DNA from: Octopus sinensis
Taxonomy: Eukaryota
Direction: 5' to 3'
Assembly (NCBI RefSeq): GCF_006345805.1
Contig: NC_042998.1
Span: 34,472,001 to 34,536,000, forward strand
Length of the DNA: 64,000 bases
Positions 12,286-24,680 of this stretch are shown here, in pieces. The position numbers and the translations under genes were made by a program. The first letter of the stretch is position 1. Every line of letters starts with the position of its first letter. A model generated the notes under the pieces. It worked only from the letters and a program-made list of their open reading frames with translations. It did no database searches and was not told the origin of the DNA.

Positions 12286-12625
12286 GTGAGTTGACAATCA
12301 TAAATTTGTTTGGCCTCTATTGTGACCAGTTTTCTTTTCAGCAGTTTTTTTTTTCAAATACTGAATATATCTTCTGCTTTTATGAATATATTTTAATGAT
12401 ATTTATTAGATGCAAAACCAGTAAAATAGATTGCTTACTTGTGTTTGTGTGTGTGCGCACACACGTCTGTGTATGTATATATATATATATACCATCCATA
12501 CCAGCATGGCAGGCAGACGTTAAACAATGATGATATATAATTCAACATGTGCACAAGTTAATCCTGACATGTTTTTTTCTCTCTGTTTTTTACCCCCTAT
12601 TTTCATCTGTTTTCTTTTTTCATTT

Positions 12626-12661
12626 CTTTCTGATGAAGAGCATAGGCTCGAAATGTCAAAG
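12626..12661 (+). ncRNA. Minimal type I hammerhead motif with canonical core (family HH2)
   Basis: CTTT-CTGATGA-A-GAGC-atag-GCTC-GAAAT-GTC-AAAG. The only deviation is C15.2>T, giving a U-G wobble. Confidence 0.6.
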
Positions 12662-13895
12662 CTTCTCCGATTTTTCCTGAGTGTCATACTTATACACCTT
12701 GTTTATTGTTTCCTCATCATTTTGTTTTTGTACAATTTTGAACCATATACATATTGTCATTACATCATTAGTTCACATTTACAAGTTTCTATTGCAGCGC
12801 CTTCACACTTATGTCTGACAATTCTCTTGCTACCTAAATAACACGTAATATATAATTACTATTTTGTTCCCTCCCCATAGCTACTGCATAATCACAAAGA
12901 ATCATTTATTTGTAATTAGATAGCTTACAAACCTTAATTAATATGGAAATGAAAGAATTAAGTATATTGTGAAAGTCAATGGCTTCAAGTATTTAACAAT
13001 AAATTACAAAGCGTTTTGCATTCCCAGTTGACAAATTTTTCTGATTCGCTGCTGAATGCTGGCCCGTGTCAGATTGTGTCAGGCTATTGGTTCTGTAATG
13101 TATCTGAGTCATGGTAGTCTCCTGTGTTTTGTCTACTTTGCTGTAAATAGGTGCTATGAGGTTAATTACAGTTTGTGATTTCAAAAAGAAGGAAAATTGT
13201 GTAGTTAACAAAGAGAAATGGTTTTTTGAGACCAAAGTCCTAAAGGAGTAGCTGTGTGGTAAGAAGTTTGCTTTCCAACCACATGGTTCTGGGTTCAGTC
13301 CCAATTACATGGCACTTTGGGCAAGTGTCTTCTACTACAACCGTGGGCCAACCAAAGTCCTGTGAGTGGGTTTGGTAGATGGAAACTGAAAGAAGCCCAT
13401 ATGTGTGTGTCTTTCTGGCCATGTTTGTCTCCCTCAATTGTTTGACAAATGGTGTTGTTGTGTTTATGTCCCCATAACTTCGCTGTTCTGTAAAAGAAAC
13501 CAATGGAAAAAACATGAGCACTGGAGTCAATTCCTCTGACTAAAATTCTTCAAGGCTGTGCCCCAGCATGGCCACAGTCTAATGACTGAAACAAGTAAAA
13601 GATAAAAGGCACCACCCACCATGACAGGTGTGGATCAAGGACCTCAGACACAACCGCCATTCCTCATCATGTACTGCAGTTGTGCCCTTTGCCAGGGCCC
13701 ACGTTGTCTTGTTTCTACAGATTCCTCTCCCATCCTATTTAAGGGAAGTATTAATCTTTAGAGCCAGCACTAAAAGTTAAGTTTTGCAGAGTTTATGAAA
13801 CATCATAACTTCCAATGCTGTTTCTAAATTCTATAGAATATCTGTAGAGACAGCTTAGAATGTTACAAGTCTGGTCCTTCGTACTACAAGTGCAA

Positions 13896-14448
13896 ATGCC
13901 TCCATTCATTTTCCCACGTGGCCTCAGACTCAACACGGACACCTAGTTCAAGTGCCTGGAGGAGGTAGTGCTACCCTGGGTCAAGAGGGTTGCTACTGGA
14001 AAACCCTATGTCTGGCAACATGACTCTGCACCATACCACACAAGCAGGAGAACCCAATCAGGGCTGTCTGACAATTTCTGCGACCACACCACCCCTAACA
14101 TCTGGCCATCTAACCCTCCACATTGCCACCCCCTTGATTATTATATTTGGGGCACAGTTGAGCAAGAGACCAACAAAACTCCTTGCAACACCAAAGATGA
14201 ACTGAAAGCAAGGATTATGGCAGCATTGACCAACTTAAACAAGGAGACCGTCCAGAAGAGTTGCAGGAAATTCCGAAGTCTTCTGGAAGCCATAGTTGAA
14301 GCCAATTGCGATTTTATTGAATAAATTTACTCTTTAGTATATCAAGATATTTTTATGTAATTTCGGTAAATATACCTGTTAAAATGAAATGTAAGTGTTA
14401 TTTTCATTTTTGCGTAATTTAGTCAACAATGTGTTCACCGCACCTGTA
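13896..14448 (+). pseudogene. 5'-truncated Tc1/mariner DD37D (maT/Bmmar1-like) transposase fragment with 3' TIR
   Basis: MPPFIFPRGLRLNTDT*FKCLEEVVLPWVKRV...VWQHDSAPYH...IWPSNPPHCHPLDYYIWG. There are 37 residues between the last two catalytic Asp and one in-frame stop. It ends ...gttcaccgcacctgTA. Confidence 0.85.
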
Positions 14449-14817
14449 TATTCATATATATACATATGTATGTATACTTATATACCTATGTATATCTATA
14501 CATATATATGCATGTATATGTTTATAGACGATAAGAAAATGGAGGAAAAACAACAAATAGAAGTGTGTCTGTGGTGCTAAAAGCCATTAATTAATTAAGC
14601 AAGGTGAGGGTAAGTGAAATTACTGCTGTTTCTGTATTTTTTCTTCATTTTCTTATCGTCTATATATACATTAAACTACGGTTTGCCTCTTAAATTACCT
14701 GCTGCCGTATACCTTATACCAAAGACCATACTTACTGAGGTAATTACCAGGAGTGCCTCCGGATACATCTATCCCTTAGAGGGCATAACACCTCTAACTT
14801 ATACCTTACATAATATA

Positions 14818-14862
<45 letters not shown>

Positions 14863-16184
14863 GTTAAAAAATAAAGAAATAAGCAATTGATAGTTTCATT
14901 GAATTAACCGTTTCTTCTGAGTGTTGAATATCTTATGTAAAGAGTTTGTCTCTCCAACACTATCCTAGCAATTTAATTTTCTAGTCTTAGCAAATATAAT
15001 TTTGCTGTACAGAGAATATCAAATAAGATGCTGATTCAGTTACAGCTGACAACGTGACTTATTACACACTCAAGGCCTGCTTCTGCCTCTTATTCTGGAA
15101 CAAGATTTATTGAAACTTTGGGGTCAAAAATGTCTTAAACCACTCAAAAACCTTAAAGCTAGATAAACAATATTACCAGATTTTTATTTTTTTAATTTTC
15201 TTATTTCAAGTTCTCTGTTTGAAGTAATTCCTGTTCTAATTATCAAATTGGTTCCTGTTCTGAATATTGGCTTGATTCTTTTAAGAAACTTGCTTCCTAA
15301 TCATGTGGTCTTTGCTTCAGTCCCACTGTGTGGTACCTTGGGCAAGTATCTCTTCTACTATAGCCCTTGACTGACCAAAGCCTTGTGAGAGGCTCTGATA
15401 GACAGAAACTGAAAGAAGCCCACCTTGGATATATAATTTTTCATACACTCCACAAAACGCTTTCAAATGAGCAACATTGATTCCATGGCTCCATGCTTTG
15501 AAATGACTAAACTTGAACTACTATTGGAACTTAACATGTACAGAAAACTTTTTTACCACTTCTATATACCACTTTCCTTGAATAATGGAACCGCAGCTAC
15601 AATTATCATCATCATAATCATCGTTTAGCATCCGTTTCCATGCTGGCATGGGTTGGGCAATTTGACAGGGCTGGCGAGCCAGAAGGCTGTACCAAGCTCC
15701 TATCCAATCTGGCAAAGTTTCTACAGCTGGATGATACCTTGCATGATCTCTCCATTATAATTTTCAGAATAACCTACGCATTACACATTTAGCCCTCCCA
15801 CATATATTGAGCTGTGTGCATGTCAGAACACTTTACTGGTTTCTCAGTTTAATGCGATTTTGTAATCATCTAATAATACCCAGTTTCACTTACTCATGCT
15901 GCAAGAAATCTATTTTCAAAACCCATGTTTTATGCTATGCAGGAACTCACATTGGCATGAGCTAACAAGAGAGACATTTTGTGGTTTGGTGGACTGCTAG
16001 ACACATCAGCCAAATGTCCCTTAAATTATACCCTGTTGTCTTAAAAATGATCTGAGACTGCACTAGATAGGTCAGATAAGAAATGAAGATATGGTAGGCA
16101 TGGTTGGATTGCTTTTGATCATAGATCTGCTCAGTCAGGGCTTATCTGAAACTAAACAATAACAACATCAGGCAGGCATGGGTG

Positions 16185-16424
16185 TGTAGCGGATTCCAAA
16201 CCGAATTGGTGGGTAACAAAGTAAACATCATGGCCATGTCACAGTCATTTCATGTGATTGGCTCATGAACTGACCAATCAGCATCAAGCCATTGCATGGT
16301 TCAACTTTCTAGAACTTTCTCATTGAGCCCTATTTACAGGTGGCTTTCAGCAGTAACCCCAGAATGTTGAGGCCCCTACTCATTATCTCTATTCTCACTT
16401 CTTCACCAACCATTGCTAGATACA
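16185..16424 (+). mobile_element. Solo-LTR-like segment with CCAAT boxes and a heat-shock element
   Basis: TGTA...TACA termini, ATTGG/CCAAT at about 16257-16278, and tTTCtaGAActTTCt at 16306-16320. No TSD found. Confidence 0.35.
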
Positions 16425-16499
16425 AGACACAGATTTTGTTGCCATGGTTTTTGTGCAATTATGTTCCATTTGTGATGGGCCAGCCACAGGTTAACACAT

Positions 16500-16990
16500 A
16501 GCAGTTTTATATTTAAGAGATGAGGAATTATGTACATTATTTACATTAGACGGATATTTGTCCTCATCTTGTTTGTTGTTAACACAACATTTTGGCTGAT
16601 ATACCCTCCAGCCTTCATCAGGTGTCTTGGGGAAATTTCAAACCTCGGTTCTCATTCCTAACGTATTTTTCAATGTTATTATTATTATTATTCAAGTCAC
16701 TGCCTGGTATTGAAATCAGAATCTTGGGGTTAGTAGCCCACACTCTTAACCACTTCGCCATATGACATAGTGTTTAAGAGCACGGGCTACTAACCCCAAG
16801 ATTCCGAGTTCAATTCCAGGCAGTGACCTGAATAATAATAATAATAACATCGAAAAACACATTAGGAATGAGAACTGAAATTCAAAATTTCCCCAAGACA
16901 CCTGATGAAGGCTTGGGGGTATATCAGCCGTAATGTTGTGTTAACAAACGAGATGAGGACAAATATCCATCAAATGTAAATAATGTAAAT
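16500..16990. mobile_element. Head-to-head inverted dimer of a tRNA-headed element with hammerhead-containing PLE-like tail (family HH1)
   Basis: Symmetry centre CATATG at 16759-16764. Each arm has A/B-box tRNA-like head, (AAT)n, ttaggaatgagaac, then gacac-CTGATGA-aggctggagggtatatcagcc-(GAAAC)-GTT-gtgtt and a tail. Hammerheads at 16581-16625 (-) and 16897-16942 (+), each mutated in GAAAC. Confidence 0.85.
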
Positions 16991-17719
16991 ACCAGTTTGT
17001 TTGTTATAGATCCCAGTAATAAGTCTCTCACAGGGTGTAAATGTTGTCATTAGTTTTTATCCAAAGACCAACTCAGAAAATGCTATGTGCATTATTAAAT
17101 AATGATTCCATTAATTGTTGATGAATGTTATTAATTACTTCTACATACAGCCCTGAAAAGGCATTTTCATTTTCCACCAACAGTTACCATGACCACCATA
17201 ACATCATTACTCACGGCAAGCTTTTTTTTTTTTGCTTCTATAGAAACAAAATTCTTGAAAGCTGTTTGATCTTTAAACTTTTATGTAGTTTCAATTTATT
17301 CTTCTTCTCCTTCGTTATGAATGTATGTATTGAATACGACTACAACTGAAAGTGGACCATCATCAAAGTTCCTTGCCTGTGGGTCTAAACCACTCAGGCT
17401 GCCAGTCATACTTATGCATTTGATGCATTTGTCAGTTTACTTGAAATGCATCGTGTTTTCATTAGTCACACATGTAATGGTTATAAAACCTCTCCGTGAA
17501 TGAGAATTTGACTGAAAATGCATAAAATTCAAAACATCTCATACTTAATGTTGTGGTGCACCTGAGCAGTTGTAGTGAACCGTAGCACTATGCACAATAA
17601 TTTCATTATCATTTTTTGGATTTGGTTTGCAAGATTCTTTATATGAGTTCGTGTGTTGAAGCATATTCTGTTGTGTCTGGGGAGAGTCATTTTCTTTTTT
17701 TGCCTTATAATTATCATTA

Positions 17720-17759
17720 TCATATATTATTATTATTATTGATGATGATGATGATGATG

Positions 17760-17803
<44 letters not shown>

Positions 17804-18261
17804 CATCATTATTATATATGTTTGACTTTTGCTTTGTATTTGTATAAGTTGACTCCAAGTCTCACCCAGGGACCTCAAGAGACAAGTTAGAAGTTCAAGT
17901 GTTATACCTAGGGTGTCATGTATTTGGTTTTGCACAAAGTATTGTTCTAGAGAATGTTTAAGAAAACATAAGAAAATTATGAGTTTGTTTTAAAATTTGA
18001 GATTACATAGACAGTATTTTACGTAGGATTTGGGCAGTTCCCATGAGCACTATCTTTTCAATTTCTGCCATTTTGGGGGTTTCTTGGTATCTGAGCTAGG
18101 TAGAAATCAGCCCCTTTTGCTATCATTCCTTGGGAACCTATGACAACAGGTATTGTTTTAGTCTTGAAGTTCCACATTTTGCCAATTTCTATTTCAAGAT
18201 CTTTATACTTGCTCAGTTTTTGGTAAGTCTTGACAGATACATTTATATCAATTGGGACAGT
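17720..18261 (-). pseudogene. 3' end of an R4/Dong-type (restriction-like endonuclease) non-LTR retrotransposon with (AAT)n tail
   Basis: Minus-strand translation KLSKYKDLEIEIGKMWNFKTKTIPVVIGSQGMIAKG, then a frameshift, then MAEIEKIVLMGTAQILRKILSM* (stop at 18003-18005). This is the typical C-terminus of RLE-encoding non-LTR elements. A second copy's 3' end lies at 18262-18346. Confidence 0.75.
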
Positions 18262-18346
18262 CTATTATTATTATTATTCTATGTTTGACTTTTGCTTTAT
18301 ATTTGTACAAGTTGGCTCCAAGTCTCACCCAGAGACCTCAAGAGAC

Positions 18347-18446
18347 NNNNNNNNNNNNNNNNNNNNNNNNNNNNNNNNNNNNNNNNNNNNNNNNNNNNNN
18401 NNNNNNNNNNNNNNNNNNNNNNNNNNNNNNNNNNNNNNNNNNNNNN
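18347..18446. other. Assembly gap (100 N)
   Basis: Direct reading. Confidence 1.
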
Positions 18447-19589
18447 CGAAACAGTAAAATTCATAAGAAAATTAAAATTATTAATATAGTGGCGTTTTCA
18501 AACTTCTTTTTGACAAATATATATATATATATATATATATCTTATATATATATATATATATATATATATAGATATATATATATACTTGCCAAAGGTGCCA
18601 TGCAGTTGGTAAACAGCTTCTCACGACTCCGCCACGCCTGTGATTTTTGTTCATGAAGACGTTTTTAGCAGAATTTCACACCTACAGCAAGTTCATTGGA
18701 AATACAAACATAAACATTTATTTCACAAAAACGTTGCACAAGCCTGACCAGCTATGAATGATGTATATGTATGCATATATATATATCAGAATCGAAATCG
18801 ATCAATGGAAATCGATCAATGGAAAATGCAGATGTGTTACCAGTGCCGGTGTGCATGTAAGAGAACTTTCCGTTCGGCGACCGTTGCCACCACCGCCCCG
18901 TTTCGTGTCCGTTGCCAGCCTCGCCTGGCCCTCGTGCCGGTGGCACATAAAAAGCACCACCGTTCGTGGCCGTTTGCCAGCTTGTCTGGCACCAGTGCGG
19001 GTGGCACGTAAAAAGACCACCCACTACACTCACGGAGTGGTGGGTTAGGAAGGGCATCCAGCCGTAGAAACCTGCCAGATTTGACTGGGCCTGATGAAGC
19101 CTTCTGGCCTTCACAGACCCCAGTAGAACCGTCCAACCCATGCTAGCATGGAAAAAGGACGCTAAATGATGATGATGATGATGATGATGATATATATAAA
19201 ACTAGACATAAATTTCATAAGATTTTTAACTTATGAGACTCATTCTGTCAGCTTATCATACGGCGCTCTGAAGTGGCCAATATGAACTCAGCATGGTATG
19301 GGGGCAGAGGGTTAAGTGGTGCTGTTCATGGAATATAATGTATATACAGACACAATGTTTGTATGCGATTAAAAAAGTGTGTGTGTGTGTGTTGTGTGTG
19401 TGTGTTTGCATTTATCTCTCTCTCTCTCTCTCTCTCGTGAATATACCCTAGCACTACACTACACCATCTCTCTTATGCTTTTGCTGTTTCCTACTCTCTC
19501 TTTCCCTTTAGTCACTTTCTCTCTCCTCTTGTTCTTCCTCTGACTAGGTAACCGAGTATCTCCTTTACTTCAGCACATTTGTTTCTGAC

Positions 19590-19767
19590 CTCTCTCTTGT
19601 ACTTCTCTCTTGTACCTCTCTCACTCCCTGTCTCTCTTCTCTTTTTCTCTCTCTCTCCTTCTCTCTCTCTCCTCTCTCTCTCCTCTCACTCTCCTTCTCT
19701 CTCTTCTCTCACTCTCCTTCTCTCTCTTCTCTCCTCTCCTCTCTCTCTTCTCTCTCCTCTCTCTCTT

Positions 19768-19801
<34 letters not shown>

Positions 19802-19806
19802 TCTCA
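19590..19806. repeat. Degenerate (CT)n microsatellite
   Basis: Direct reading. Source of the Leu/Ser ORFs 19579-19912. Confidence 0.95.
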
Positions 19807-21954
19807 CTGGATAAACATGTACCTCCTTTATAGCAAGACACCTATTTCTGCCTCTCTATTCCTCTATTACACCCTAACCTTTCATCATTTGATACTGCAT
19901 CACCTCTTCTAATGACCCCTCTGTTGTGGAAGACACCTGCTTCTGTCTCTCTGTCCCTTTGTCACACTCTAACCTTTCATCCTCTGGCACAAGTTCCCCT
20001 CCTCAAATGCCCCTGCCCCCTCTCAAAATTCCTTGTCTGGTGAGTTACTTGGTTACTCTGCCAGTGCTGGTGCCATATTAAAAGCACCCTGTCCACACTG
20101 TAATGTGGTTGGCATTTGGACGGGCATCCAGCTGTAAAAATCATGCTAAAACTAACCTCACCTGTGCTAGTGCCACATAAAAAGCACTGAGTCCACACCG
20201 TGGAGTGGTTGGTATTAAGAAGGGCATCCAGCTATAAAATCCCTGCCAAAACAGACACAGTAGTCCAGGGTGGTTTTTCTACCTGGCCAGCTTTTGTCAA
20301 CCATCCTACTCATGCATGTATGGAAAATGGACATTAAACAATGATGATGATCATCATATATATATACTTCCAAGCAACCAAACAAACATGATTTTTATTG
20401 AACTCAGAATACTTATTGCATTCCCTTTCTTGAATACTTTCTTGTAAACTGTTTTTAACATTTTCTTATCATTATCAAAGACTATAACTGTATTTTAATA
20501 CTTTTGTGATAACCATTCTTTAACACAACAAAGCTTATACAAAGCTTTACACTTTACTTTTGATAATCTTTTTTCTAAAATAGGGAAATTGGTCAAGTCA
20601 ATAAACATCTTTAAAAGACCTTTGCATTTTCAAACCTTCATTCATTTATATATATATGTATATATATAGGTGTAGGCATGGCTAAATGGTAAGAAACTTG
20701 TTTCCCAATCATATGGTTCTGTGTTCAGTCCCACTGAATGGAACTTTGCGCAAATGTTTTCTACTGTGGCCTCACGTGGATCAAAGTCTTGTGAGTGGAT
20801 TTGGTAGATGGAAATTGAAAGAAGCCCAATATATAAGTATATATACATGTGTGTGTATTTGTCTTTGTGTCTATGTTTGTCCCCACCACTGATTCACAAC
20901 CAGAATTGGTATGTTTACACAGTCTCATTACAATCTATATATGTATATATACAAATGGAAATAGTAGTTGTGATACCTGTGCCGGTGGCACGTAAAACGC
21001 ACCATCCAAACGTGGCCGATGCCAGCGCCACCTTGACTGGCTTCTGTGCCAGTGGCACGTAAAAAGCACCATCCGAATGTGGCCGATGCCAGCACCGCCT
21101 TGACTGGCTTCTGTGCCGGTGGCACATAAAAAGCACCCACTACACTCACGGAGTGGTTGGCGTTAGGAAGGGCATCCAGCTGTAGAACACTGCCAGATCA
21201 GACTGGAGCCTGGTGCAGCCTCCTGGCTTCCCAGACCCCGGTCGAACCATCCAACCCGTGCTAGCACGGAAAATGGACGTTAAATGATGATGATGATGAA
21301 TAATTGGAATAAGCTACATACTCCATAGACTGAGAGAAAACTGGTGAGTGGGCGATGATTTTCTTTTAGTATGATATCCACTTTTAAGAAATATATAATC
21401 ATTTCACAACTTATGTGGGTGTACAGTGCATAATTTTATACATGATGGATATACGTTCTTGGTTTAATATAAAGTTTACACAATATACATATCAATCAAA
21501 CCATTTTCATTTATGATTATCCATTCTCGCTAATCTTTATTCTTATACTGTTTTATCTGTGTGTCTTTCTTTTTTTGCTATACTCATTTCTTCCTAACTG
21601 TTGGTCTTATGAGAAAAGGTTGTGTGGGTAGCATATGTACTTTTATATCTTTATATATACTTTGAAGTATAAGAAAATAATATCAACCATTCTAAAACAA
21701 ATATAACCGTAATTTGTTTCTAAATAAAGAAGAAACCAGAAAATAAAACTGCTCCACCAGCTAAAATACCCTCACAACCCAGAAGCCCTCTTACAACGTA
21801 AACTAACCAGAAATATGTGCCTGTTTGTGTACTGTATATATATATATATATAATATATATATAATATATATATATATATTTATAATTATTTATATATATA
21901 TATATAGCAATAATAAATCTCCGAGCAAGGTATAAACAGCTGCAGCAACACATC

Positions 21955-22345
21955 GTGAAGTATATTTGCCATTTAAATATGGCTAACCCCTAAGGAAGAC
22001 ATCTTCTCCAGCTGGCTATTGACACTTTCTGTGCCCTATCAATATTTGCAAAGGGAAGCCATCCTTCCCGTTTTCAACCTATGATACACACAGACTCGAG
22101 TTTCTGTGTCAATACGGGTCATTGACGAGTCAATATGAGTCATTGATGGCGGGTCAATACCCAGAAACTCGAGTCCATGTGTATCATAGGTTGAAGACGT
22201 GAAGGATGGCTTCCCTTTGCAAATACTGATAGGGCACAGAAAGTGTGTCAATAGCCAGCTGGAGGAGGTGTCCTCCTTGGGCTACAAGCTACAGTACCAT
22301 CCACCCTTAGGGGCTAGCCATATTTAAATGGCAAATATACTTCAC
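21955..22345. mobile_element. Inverted-duplication element with partial hammerhead motif
   Basis: Arms 21955-22109 / 22159-22345. 22143-22179 reads TTGATGG-c-GGGT-caat-ACCC-a-GAAAC-TCGA-GTC-catg, with palindromic ACTCGAGT. Confidence 0.65.
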
Positions 22346-22439
22346 TATATATATATATATTATATATATATATATCATGGACTCTCCTGCTGTTAGATGA
22401 TGTATGTGGGTTTGGCTGTTTCTTGCTGAACAATCACAC

Positions 22440-22675
22440 AGATGATTTGTTTATAGTGGTCAAATGTTTGTGTCCGCATAAGCTCCCTCTTTCCATCAAA
22501 TGGACGTTACCTGTACAGGTGCACCACGCGCCACACATCAGATGACGAAATGATCGCAGAGCAACGTGAAATGAAGCGCTTTGCTGAAGTATATAACGCA
22601 GCGCCCAGTCTGGGAATCAAACCCATAATCTTGCAATCATGAGTGCAACACCCTAACCACCAAGTCACACACCTT
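22440..22675 (-). mobile_element. tRNA-headed SINE (minor family)
   Basis: The minus strand begins ggtgtgtgacttggtggttagggtgttgcactc...gggtttgattcccagactggg (A/B boxes). Confidence 0.6.
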
Positions 22676-23404
22676 ACCTTCAATATGTGTGTGTGTGTGT
22701 GTACGTGTATGTATGTATAGATGTATCGGTATATATATATATATATATATATATATACGGCAGTGCATCAGCATGGCTGCAGCTCTGAGCTGAAACTAGG
22801 AAAAAAAAATATATATATATATATATATACATATATATATCAAAGTATCATTAGAGACAGAAATCTCCATAAAATTAATCAAATCAGAATATAAATTCAA
22901 CCATGTCATAGAATGTTATATTTAATACTTACTATTCGTGTTCAAAGTTATCGACTACACGTGATTCATGAGACTGTATACTATATTCTTGAGACACCCA
23001 GTCTCTTACAGAACCTCCCCTTATATACAACCCCAATCTTCAGGTCCAACCATCCCCTTTATAATTTTATCTATCATTATATACAGGTATATCAAACTAT
23101 ACAGATGTATAAATAAATTCCTGGTATGTCAAAAAATATAGATGTGTAAATAAATTCATTGAACCCTGCAGTTTAAGCCATAATTAATTTAAGAATTAAA
23201 TGTAAATTATGCGTTTAGGCATAATTGAATGCATTTTGGTATTTGATTTGTGTCTTTTGGGGTCCAGTTTTCAAATCTCACTTGGTTTGACTTGGCCTTT
23301 CATCTTTCCAAAGACAATAAAATGAGTATCAGTCAGGTACTGAAGATATCCTTGAAGGCAGTGCTCCAGTTTGGCCATAGTTCAACGACTGATAGCAGTG
23401 AAAT

Positions 23405-23724
23405 TGTAGGCAATGCTATATGAAGCGGTTCACAAGCCCATAAAAAATTCGTTGGGGGTCAACGACAGTTATCTCTCCTGATCGAACATTCTAGAACATT
23501 CCAAGTGAACATGGTTAGCTCCCCCTTTGCTAACTTACTACGCAGTACTGCAAAACGACATGCAGGAGGGCGCTAGTAGCACAACGCCTATTTAAGCGTG
23601 TATACCCATTTGAACTTCCTCTCTTTTCTCCCCCGCAACTCAACGAGGTCAACTTAAGAAAAGGGAGCCAGGCACACAAATTCAATGTTCAATTCCTACT
23701 AGTAATTCACTATGGTATACTACA
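23405..23724 (+). mobile_element. Solo-LTR-like segment with a four-unit heat-shock element and TATA-like box
   Basis: TGTAG...CTACA inverted termini, cGAAcaTTCtaGAAcaTTCc at 23483-23502, and TATTTAA at 23589-23595. No TSD found. Confidence 0.45.
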
Positions 23725-24458
23725 TCTAGTGCCTGTGGAAATTAAACCTTGTAGCTTGAATTATTACTATTTTCTCAATGTTATCATGGAACATGGCAAG
23801 GTTGTTCAAAACCTCTTCTTCATCCAAGATAACTTTATTGAACATTCTGTACTCATGGTATGAGTTTGTTTGTCACACATTTGAATAACACCTTGCATGT
23901 GAAGTTATTTGCACAGATACAAGTGTTGTTACTTACTGCACAGAGGTATTTCATGGCCATTGGTTTAATGACTCTGTCTAATTAGTAAAGTGCTGATGTT
24001 TTCATTAGTGACATCGCTCACTAAAAAATATAAAACAATGTTTACAATTTTACACATTTTACTATTTATCATCATCATCGTTTAACATCTGCTTTCCCTG
24101 CTAGCATGAGTTGGACGGTTTGACCAGGGTCTGGGAAGCCAGGAGGCTGCACCAGGCCCAGTCTGATCTGGCAGTGTTTCTACAGCTGGATGCCCTTCCT
24201 AACGCCAACCACTCCATGAGTGTAGTGGGTGCTTTTTACGTGCCACCAGCACAGGTGCCAGGCGAGGCTGGCAACGGCCACGATCAGTTGGTGCTTTTCA
24301 CATGCTACCAGCATGGAGGCCAGTCGAGGCGGCACTGGCAATGGCCACATTTGGATGGATCTTTTTATGTGCCATCGGCACTGGTATCACAACTACAATT
24401 TCCATTGATTTTTGATCGATTTTTTTAATGACATTTATATATCATCATTGGCTCCTAT

Positions 24459-24680
24459 CATGAGGTAAGGGCCAAGCAACTGAGATTTCTTAGACATGTG
24501 ATGAGGAAACAGGACCCAGGGAGAATTTAAGAAAGTTTGATGGGGAAAGAAACAGAGGAAGAAGAAGAAGCTTGAAGAATTGGTTGGAAGAAAGGCATTA
24601 AACATCAGAAAGTGGAACTGTAACAGAAAAAAACAAAGAACTGAGAATTGTGGCAGGATATGATCACTTCTGTCCTATAT
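24459..24680 (+). pseudogene. RTE-clade LINE 3' relic
   Basis: Translation HEVRAKQLRFLRHVMRKQ...WQDMI resembles the RTE C-terminal R.RQLRFLGHVMR...WR.MI motif. Contains stops and frameshifts. Confidence 0.55.

Noticed and set aside
16765-16830. Functional tRNA gene
   Set aside because: The acceptor stem does not pair properly, and the sequence is embedded in a repeated element with a constant tail, so it is a SINE head.
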